A DNA stretch of 64,000 nucleotides from Candidatus Pullichristensenella excrementipullorum (GTDB lineage Bacteria > Bacillota > Clostridia > Christensenellales > Aristaeellaceae), in the NCBI GenBank assembly GCA_018713365.1, contig DVOU01000025.1, forward strand, positions 34,309-98,308, in the 5' to 3' direction. The notes beneath the pieces were generated by a model. It made no database searches and had not been told where the DNA came from. It saw only the letters and a program-made list of their open reading frames with translations. Position numbers and translations under genes: made by a program. This document shows, piece by piece, positions 58,340-64,000 of the stretch. The first letter of the stretch is position 1. Every line of letters starts with the position of its first letter.

Positions 58340-58381
58340 AAAATGCCCCCACTTCCGAAACATGGAGGCGGGGGCATTTTT
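58340..58381. terminator. bidirectional hairpin terminator (SRP RNA / ispE)
   Basis: Hairpin aaaatgccccc..gggggcatttt carries A/T runs on both sides and abuts the ispE stop codon. Confidence 0.65.
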
Positions 58382-59214
58382 CAGCACGTCCACGTAAACA
58401 GCGCGCCGGGCAGGGCTTCGGCGGCGCGCAGGGCCTCGGCGGCGGTGCGGAAGACGCCGAACACGGCGGAGCCGCTGCCGCTCATGCGCGCCACGCGCGC
58501 GCCCAACGCCCGCAGCGCGCGCAGGGCTGCGCCGATCTCCGGCATCAGCGATATGGAGGGCGCTTCCAGCGCGTTGCCGCAAAGGCGGTCCATGCCGTCC
58601 AGATCGCGGGCGAGGATGGCCCGGGCGAGGGCAGCGTTGTCAAGGCCCAATGTCCTTCCCACGCGGTCGTATTCGGAAAACACCTGCGCGGTGGACAGGC
58701 CGCGGCCTACATGCAGAAGCACCAGCGGAAAGCGCTCGCCTTCGCCCAGCGGGGTGATCTTCTCCCCCATGCCGCGCACGCGGGCGAAGCCTCCGGCGAT
58801 GCAGTAGGGCACGTCCGCGCCCAGTTTGCGGCCGATCTTCAAAAGTTCAGAGAGGGGCAAGCGCAGATCCCAGAGGCGGTCCAGGGCGATGAGCGTGGCG
58901 GCGCAATCGGCGCTGCCTCCACCCAGCCCGGCGCGGATGGGGATGTGCTTGGCGAGGGTGATGCGCGCGCCATAGTGCCGCCCCATGTGGTCGTTGAGCG
59001 CCTGCGCGGCCTGCAAAACGAGGTCGCGCCCGCCCTCGGACAGCGTGCGGCCGCCCACGGTCAGCGTCAGAAAGCGGGCGCGCTCGAAGGTGAGCGTGTC
59101 GGACAGGTCGATGCGCTGCATGAGCATGTCCAGTTCGTGGTAGCCATCGTCGCGGCCGGCGCACACGTCCAGCGACCAGTTGATCTTCGCCTGCGCCCGC
59201 ACGGTGATCTTCAT
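58381..59214 (-). CDS. ispE: 4-(cytidine 5'-diphospho)-2-C-methyl-D-erythritol kinase
   Basis: 277 aa from the ATG at 59214. Motifs are KINWSLDV..R.DGYHELD and the GHMP kinase motif PIRAGLGGGSADCAA. Confidence 0.9.
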   Translation of the reverse strand: MKITVRAQAKINWSLDVCAGRDDGYHELDMLMQRIDLSDTLTFERARFLTLTVGGRTLSEGGRDLVLQAAQALNDHMGRHYGARITLAKHIPIRAGLGGGSADCAATLIALDRLWDLRLPLSELLKIGRKLGADVPYCIAGGFARVRGMGEKITPLGEGERFPLVLLHVGRGLSTAQVFSEYDRVGRTLGLDNAALARAILARDLDGMDRLCGNALEAPSISLMPEIGAALRALRALGARVARMSGSGSAVFGVFRTAAEALRAAEALPGALFTWTC

Positions 59215-59308
59215 GCGCTCTCCCCCATCGCTTTGGTAACGGCCCATGGCCGCCAACGTTCATTATAGCACGCTTTCCGCCGCCACGTGTTAAAAATCGG
59301 CTCTGTGC

Positions 59309-59336
59309 TTGCATATTTTCAAAATCGGTTTATAAT
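59309..59336 (+). promoter_or_regulatory. sigmaA-type promoter for the serS leader
   Basis: TTGCAT (59309-59314), a 16 nt spacer, then TATAAT (59331-59336). Confidence 0.55.
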
Positions 59337-59341
59337 GATAG

Positions 59342-59556
59342 TATCGCAAGGACGGGAACGGTCGGGCGGAGGCGCGCAAAGAGAGACGGCGGCGGGTGCG
59401 AGCCGGAGGCGCAAGGTCCGATCTCCATTCCCTGAGCATCCCCGCGAAAGCGGGGCGGGTGCGCCCGATAGCGCGCATAAAAGGAGCTTCTGCTCGAAAA
59501 CGGGTGGCACCACGGCGCGCGCGCCGTCCCTGTTGGCGGGCGGGGCGTATTTTTTT
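59342..59556 (+). promoter_or_regulatory. T-box riboswitch leader (serS)
   Basis: It has an AGAGAG bulge and a GGGTGCGA distal loop. The candidate specifier is TCC followed by A (gatcTCCAtt). The T-box sequence AAAACGGGTGGCACCACGGCG lies at 59497-59517, followed by a GC hairpin plus TATTTTTTT. Confidence 0.85.
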
Positions 59557-59568
59557 AGGAGGGATACC

Positions 59569-60846
59569 ATGCTGGACCTGAACCTCATCCGTTCCAATCC
59601 TGAATATGTTCAAGAAGCCCTGAAAAAGCGCGAATACGACGTGGACTTCACCGAGCTTCTCGAGTGGGACGCCCGCCGCCGCGCGCTGCTTGTGGAAAAC
59701 GAGTCGCTCAAGGCCGAGCGCAACCGCATGAGCAAGGAGATACCCGCCCTCAAAAAGCAGGGCAAGGACGCCTCCGAGCTGCTCGCCAGGCTCAAGGAGA
59801 TGGCCGATCAGGTCAAGGAGATGGACGAGGAGCAGAGCGCTCTGGAAGACAAGATCTACCGCTTCGTGGTGGCGCTGCCCAACCTGCCCGCCGAGGACGT
59901 GGTGGCCGGCGGCAAGGAGAACAATCAGGTGGTCAGGGTCTACGGCGAAAAGCCCGTTTTCGACTGGGAGCCGAAGAACCACGTGGACCTCTGCACAGAT
60001 CTGGGCCTGATCGACTACGAGCGCGGCGTAAAGATGGGCGGCAACGGCTTCTGGCTCTACACCGGCGTTGGCGCGCGGCTGGAGTGGGCGCTGCTCAATT
60101 ACTTCATCACCGAACACCTCAAGGACGGCTACACCTTCATGCTGCCGCCGCACCTTCTGACCTACGAGTGCGGCCTCACCGCCGGGCAGTTCCCCAAGTT
60201 TGAAGACGATGTGTACCGCCTGACCGAGGAGGGCTTCCGCTTCCTGCTGCCCACGGCGGAGACGGCGCTGATCAACCTCTACCGCGGCGAGATCCTCTCC
60301 GAGGACGAACTGCCCAAGCGGCTGTTTGCCTACACGCCCTGCTACCGCCGCGAGGCCGGCGCTTACCGCGCCAGCGAGCGCGGCATGATCCGCGGCCACC
60401 AGTTCAACAAGGTGGAGATGTTCGGCTACACCCGCCCCGAGGACAGCGACAAAATGCTCAGGGAACTCATCAACAAGGCCTGCCGCCTGGTCGAGGGCCT
60501 GGGGCTGCACTACCGCCTTTCCAAGCTGGCCGCGGGCGACTGTTCCGCCTCCATGGCCACCACCTACGACATCGAACTGTGGATCCCCAGCATGAACGAG
60601 TACAAGGAATGCTCGTCCGTCTCCAACGCGCGCGACTATCAGGCCCGCCGCGGCAACATCCGCTTCCGCCGCAACGAGACGAAGAAGTTGGAGTTCGTGC
60701 ATACGCTCAACGGCTCCGGCCTGGCCACCAGCCGCCTGATGCCCGCCATCGTCGAGCAGTTCCAGCAGCCGGACGGCAGCGTCATCATTCCCGAAAAGCT
60801 GCGGCCGTGGATGGACGGCATGGAGAAGATCTCCCCCAAGCGCTGA
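59569..60846 (+). CDS. serS: serine--tRNA ligase
   Basis: 425 aa from the ATG at 59569 (RBS AGGAGGG). It begins MLDLNLIRSNPEYVQEALKKR, has an N-terminal coiled coil, and carries class II motifs (YTPCYRREAG, HTLNGSGLATSR). Confidence 0.95.
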   Translation: MLDLNLIRSNPEYVQEALKKREYDVDFTELLEWDARRRALLVENESLKAERNRMSKEIPALKKQGKDASELLARLKEMADQVKEMDEEQSALEDKIYRFVVALPNLPAEDVVAGGKENNQVVRVYGEKPVFDWEPKNHVDLCTDLGLIDYERGVKMGGNGFWLYTGVGARLEWALLNYFITEHLKDGYTFMLPPHLLTYECGLTAGQFPKFEDDVYRLTEEGFRFLLPTAETALINLYRGEILSEDELPKRLFAYTPCYRREAGAYRASERGMIRGHQFNKVEMFGYTRPEDSDKMLRELINKACRLVEGLGLHYRLSKLAAGDCSASMATTYDIELWIPSMNEYKECSSVSNARDYQARRGNIRFRRNETKKLEFVHTLNGSGLATSRLMPAIVEQFQQPDGSVIIPEKLRPWMDGMEKISPKR

Positions 60847-60858
60847 AGCATTGCCCCT

Positions 60859-60895
60859 GCGGAGCGGCCCACGCGGCTGCTCCGCGTTTGTTTTG
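60859..60895 (+). terminator. rho-independent terminator after serS
   Basis: Hairpin gcggagc..gctccgc followed by gtttgtttt. Confidence 0.7.
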
Positions 60896-61009
60896 GGGCG
60901 CAAATTTGTGCATTTCGCAGTCATGTTTTTTGTCTTCTTCCGCGACAACTTTACATTCATGCGCTATAATATATTGTCATAAGAAACATCAAAGGGGTTG
61001 CGCGTACCC

Positions 61010-61432
61010 ATGCGACATGAAAAATCCTGTGGCGCCGTGGTCTTCAGCCGATTTGACGGCGCCTGGCACGTTTTGCTCATCCGCCACGAACACGGGCGGC
61101 ACACTTCCTTCCCCAAGGGCCACGTCGAGGCCGGCGAGACCGAGCGCCAGACCGCCGAACGCGAGATCTTTGAGGAGACCGGCGTGCGCGTGCGCGTGGA
61201 CACCGGCTTCCGCGCCGAAAACCGCTACATGGCGCGGCCGGACGTGGAAAAGCTGGTGGTGTTCTTCATCGCCGTGGCCGGGGAACAGACGCCCGTGGCG
61301 CAGCAGGGCGAAGTGGCCGTGGCCGAATGGGTCGATGCCGATGAGGCTCCCGGACGGCTCACCTACGAACAGGACCGCCGCATCTTCCGCCGCGCGCAGA
61401 AATACCTGCTCAAGGAAGCGGACACAGAGTGA
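61010..61432 (+). CDS. NUDIX hydrolase (Ap4A hydrolase-like)
   Basis: About 140 aa. The Nudix box is GHVEAGETERQTAEREIFEETGV. The start is either the ATG at 61010 or the TTG at 60998. Confidence 0.85.
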   Translation: MRHEKSCGAVVFSRFDGAWHVLLIRHEHGRHTSFPKGHVEAGETERQTAEREIFEETGVRVRVDTGFRAENRYMARPDVEKLVVFFIAVAGEQTPVAQQGEVAVAEWVDADEAPGRLTYEQDRRIFRRAQKYLLKEADTE

Positions 61433-61436
61433 GAAT

Positions 61437-61472
61437 GACCCCGCGCAAAACGAAGCGCGGGGCCTTGCTTTG
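61437..61472 (+). terminator. rho-independent terminator after the NUDIX gene
   Basis: Hairpin gaccccgcgc-aaaacgaa-gcgcggggcc followed by ttgctttg. Confidence 0.6.
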
Positions 61473-61585
61473 TCGATCGTTGGGTAAAATGCGACAAAAA
61501 TGCGCGCACAGTTGTCCAAAGCGATACAAAAATTCAACAAGAAAGCCATATTTGTCCTGTATAATGACGTCGTATACGATATGAG

Positions 61586-63211
61586 GTGATCGCGTTGCGG
61601 CGAGCGTTGTCGCTTTTTTTGATGATACTTTTGGCCGTTTCCTCTCTGCCCGCCTTTGCCGAAGAACTGACCGAGGGCGCGCGCGGGGAGGACGTAGAGC
61701 GCTTTCAGCAGCGCCTTGCCGATTTGGGCTATCTGTCCGGCGGGGTGGATGGCATCTACGGCAAACAGACCACGGAGGCGGTCAGCCTCTTTCAGACCTT
61801 CAACGGCATGACGGTCACCGGCGAAGCGGACGAGGATACGCAGGCGGCGGTGTTTTCCGCGCAGGCGGTCGAGCTGCCGGAGACCCTCGAGCGCGACGAC
61901 GAGGGCGAGGATGTGCAGCGCTTGCAGGAGCGCCTCGTTTTCCTCGGCTTCCTCGACGATGAGGCGGACGGCAAGTACGGCAAAAACACGGAAAACGCCG
62001 TGGAGGACTATCAGGAACACCTCATCGCGCAGGGCGTGGAGTTGGTCAGCGCCACGGGCACGGCCACGGGGATAACGCAGTTTTACCTCTTTGACGAGGA
62101 GCGCTCCACCTACATAAAGGATCTGCGGCAGGGCGACGAGGACGGCGAGGTGCGCCGTCTGGAACACCGCTTGCAGGCGCTGGGGTATCTGGACGACGTG
62201 CCCGACGAGTACTTTGACGAATACACCGACTCCGTGGTGCGCGCGTTTCAGGATGCCGCGGGTCTTGACGTCACCGGCGTCATCGACGAGGCGACCGTGG
62301 ACGCCCTCTTTGCCAGCGACGCGCCCGTGGCCGAGCGCTTCGTGGCCCACGACGTCCATTCCGGCGATACGGGCGACGCCGTGCTGGCCGTGCAAAAGTC
62401 GCTGGCACAGTACGGCATGCTCGGCGAGGAGCCGGACGGCGTGTTCGGCTCGGCTACGGAGGATGCGCTGGAGCGCTTTTACGAATACCTGTTTGAAAAC
62501 GAAAGCCCCTTTGCCGAGCATTTTGCCATGTACGACGGCGTCAACGCCGCGGCGCAGGAGGTATTGGCGAGCGAGGACCTCTTCTTCTTCGAGGAAACGC
62601 TGGAACGCGGCGATTCCGGCGACGAAGTGCTGCGCCTGCAGCGGCGGCTGTACACGCTGTACTACATCCCCGAGGGCGTCATCGACGGCAAGATCGGCGA
62701 AAAGACGGAGGACGCCATCCGCGAGTTTCAGGCCAACAACATGCTGGAAGAGACCGGCGTGGCCGACGAGGAGACGCAGCGCGTCCTCTATTCCGCCGAC
62801 GCCATCGCCAAGAACACCAAGTACAAGCTGGTGGTGAGCATCGCCGATCAGCGCGTGTATGTCTACGGCCTCAACTCCTTTGGCGAATACGAGCTGGACG
62901 ACACCTTCATCTGCTCCACCGGCCTTGGCAACAGCACGCCGCCGGGCATCTATACCACCACCACCGAGCCGCTCAACCGCTGGCAGTACTTCCAGAAGTT
63001 CGAGTGCTGGGCGCAGTACTCCTTCCGCATCACGGGGAACATCTGGTTCCACTCCGTGCTGTACAGCGCGCGCGACACCAGTACGCTGCGCTACGGCAGC
63101 GTGTCCGCGCTGGGACACAAGGCCTCTCATGGCTGCGTGCGCCTGCGCGTGGAGGACGCCAAGTGGATCTTTGACAACTGCGATGAAGGCACCATCGTCG
63201 TGGTGCAGTGA
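61586..63211 (+). CDS. L,D-transpeptidase (YkuD domain) with about five peptidoglycan-binding repeats
   Basis: It has a signal peptide and repeated PG_binding_1-like units (G..G.DV..LQ.RL..LGYL....DG.YG..T..AV..FQ). The C-terminal YkuD domain carries the catalytic HGCVRL. The start is GTG 61586 or TTG 61595 (RBS GAGGTG). Confidence 0.85.
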   Translation: MIALRRALSLFLMILLAVSSLPAFAEELTEGARGEDVERFQQRLADLGYLSGGVDGIYGKQTTEAVSLFQTFNGMTVTGEADEDTQAAVFSAQAVELPETLERDDEGEDVQRLQERLVFLGFLDDEADGKYGKNTENAVEDYQEHLIAQGVELVSATGTATGITQFYLFDEERSTYIKDLRQGDEDGEVRRLEHRLQALGYLDDVPDEYFDEYTDSVVRAFQDAAGLDVTGVIDEATVDALFASDAPVAERFVAHDVHSGDTGDAVLAVQKSLAQYGMLGEEPDGVFGSATEDALERFYEYLFENESPFAEHFAMYDGVNAAAQEVLASEDLFFFEETLERGDSGDEVLRLQRRLYTLYYIPEGVIDGKIGEKTEDAIREFQANNMLEETGVADEETQRVLYSADAIAKNTKYKLVVSIADQRVYVYGLNSFGEYELDDTFICSTGLGNSTPPGIYTTTTEPLNRWQYFQKFECWAQYSFRITGNIWFHSVLYSARDTSTLRYGSVSALGHKASHGCVRLRVEDAKWIFDNCDEGTIVVVQ

Positions 63212-63213
63212 GC

Positions 63214-63249
63214 AAAACGGGCAAGGCCAATGGCGGCTTTGCCCGTTTT
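63214..63249 (+). terminator. rho-independent terminator after the L,D-transpeptidase gene
   Basis: Hairpin aaaacgggcaa..ttgcccgtttt. Confidence 0.7.
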
Positions 63250-63262
63250 CCAAAATTCACAG

Positions 63263-63296
63263 AGCGCGCCCCGTCGTTTCCGACATGGGGCGCGCT
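63263..63296 (-). terminator. hairpin downstream of the response regulator gene
   Basis: Hairpin agcgcgcccc..ggggcgcgct, with the T run weak on the minus strand. Confidence 0.45.
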
Positions 63297-63300
63297 GCCT

Positions 63301-63981
63301 TTATTCTCCGCCCAGCTGGTAGCCGGAGCCTTTGCGGGTGAGGATGAAGTCGGCAAGGCCGATGGCTTCCAGCTTCTTGCGCAGGCGCGTGACGCTGACG
63401 GTGAGGGTGTTGTCGTCCACGAAGCAGTCCGTCTCCCAGAGGCGCAGCATCATCGTCTCGCGGGAGATGACCTTGCCGGGTTGCTCCATCAGCGTTTGCA
63501 GGATGCGAAAGTCGTTCTTCGTCAGCTCCAGCCGCTTGCCCTCGTAGGTCAGCGAGGCGTCGTTCAGATCAAGCACCGCGCCGCGGTACTCGAGCAGCTG
63601 GCGCAGGCCGGAGAACTCGTAGGCGCGGCGCAGCACCGCCTGCACCTTGGCGGTGAGTACGCTCAAATCGAAGGGCTTGGCGATGAAGTCGTCTCCGCCC
63701 ATGTCCATGGCCATGACGATGTTCATGTTGTCCGAGGCCGAGGAGATGAAGATCACCGGCACTTTGGAGATATTGCGTATCTCCCGGCACCAGTGGTAGC
63801 CGTTGAAGAACGGCAGGGAGATGTCCATCAGCACCAGGTGCGGGTCGAAGGCGACGAACTCCTTGACAACGTTGCGGAAATCCTGCACCACGCGCGCCTC
63901 GCAGCCCCAGCTCTCGATGTGGCGTTTGACGGCGGCGGCGATGACGCGGTCATCCTCGACGATGAATACGCGGTGGTTCAC
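63301..63981 (-). CDS. OmpR-family response regulator (BceR/VirR-like)
   Basis: 226 aa. The receiver domain reads VFIVEDD..LVLMDISLP..FISS..KPF. The winged-helix output domain reads LTKNDFRILQTLM..LTVSVTRLRKKLE. Confidence 0.88.
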   Translation of the reverse strand: MNHRVFIVEDDRVIAAAVKRHIESWGCEARVVQDFRNVVKEFVAFDPHLVLMDISLPFFNGYHWCREIRNISKVPVIFISSASDNMNIVMAMDMGGDDFIAKPFDLSVLTAKVQAVLRRAYEFSGLRQLLEYRGAVLDLNDASLTYEGKRLELTKNDFRILQTLMEQPGKVISRETMMLRLWETDCFVDDNTLTVSVTRLRKKLEAIGLADFILTRKGSGYQLGGE

Positions 63982-64000
63982 CGCCCGATCCTCCGCATTT

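Noticed and set aside
60989-63253. 754 aa minus-strand ORF over the NUDIX and L,D-transpeptidase genes
   Set aside because: It spans two plus-strand genes and their intergenic terminator and promoter. It is a shadow frame.
1-64000. Search for tRNA, rRNA, tmRNA, RNase P, 6S RNA and other riboswitch classes in the intergenic regions
   Set aside because: Apart from three T-boxes and the SRP RNA, I recognised no characteristic motifs. Intergenic regions are short and mostly explained by promoters and terminators. A covariance-model scan would be needed to be certain.

Overview
This is a high-GC (roughly 65%) chromosomal segment. Gene content points to a spore-forming Firmicute of the Clostridia, probably Oscillospirales-like; the taxon is inference only. 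I support about 50 CDS, and most are core housekeeping genes. They include trxB, recR-ybaB, a short T-box-controlled alaS, ricT(yaaT)-holB-darA, spoIVA, thrS and serS (each behind a T-box leader), and the cell-shape block maf-mreB-mreC-mreD-mrdA-rodA. Also present are helD, spoIIP, hprK-glk, pepT, ispE and a small SRP (4.5S-type) RNA with its own promoter. I saw no rRNA, tRNA, CRISPR array, transposase, integrase or phage genes.

The one block that looks accessory and poorly explained is a ~15 kb, nine-gene minus-strand operon (13323-28392). It encodes only envelope or extracellular components:
- a repeat-rich secreted protein
- two HlyD-like adaptor proteins
- three tandem ~780 aa paralogs that fuse an unknown beta-rich domain to an ABC solute-binding domain, plus a decayed fragment of a fourth copy
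- two CUT1-type ABC permeases
- a MacB-periplasmic-domain permease

No ATPase is present in the block. This is my best candidate for an undescribed system, but every functional call there rests on reading motifs by eye.

Secondary observations are:
- a ~40 nt non-coding core present twice (holB upstream and the spoIIP/MFS spacer), each time embedded between GC hairpins and an AU-loop hairpin
- nested inverted repeats that enclose the annotated holB start
- a short AlaRS that lacks the C-Ala domain
- a structured leader with an anti-SD upstream of a zinc-ribbon gene
- a twin RCC1-propeller lipoprotein lying divergent to an orphan di-iron (ferritin-like) protein

Many long ORFs in the six-frame track are antisense shadows typical of high-GC DNA, and I rejected them.
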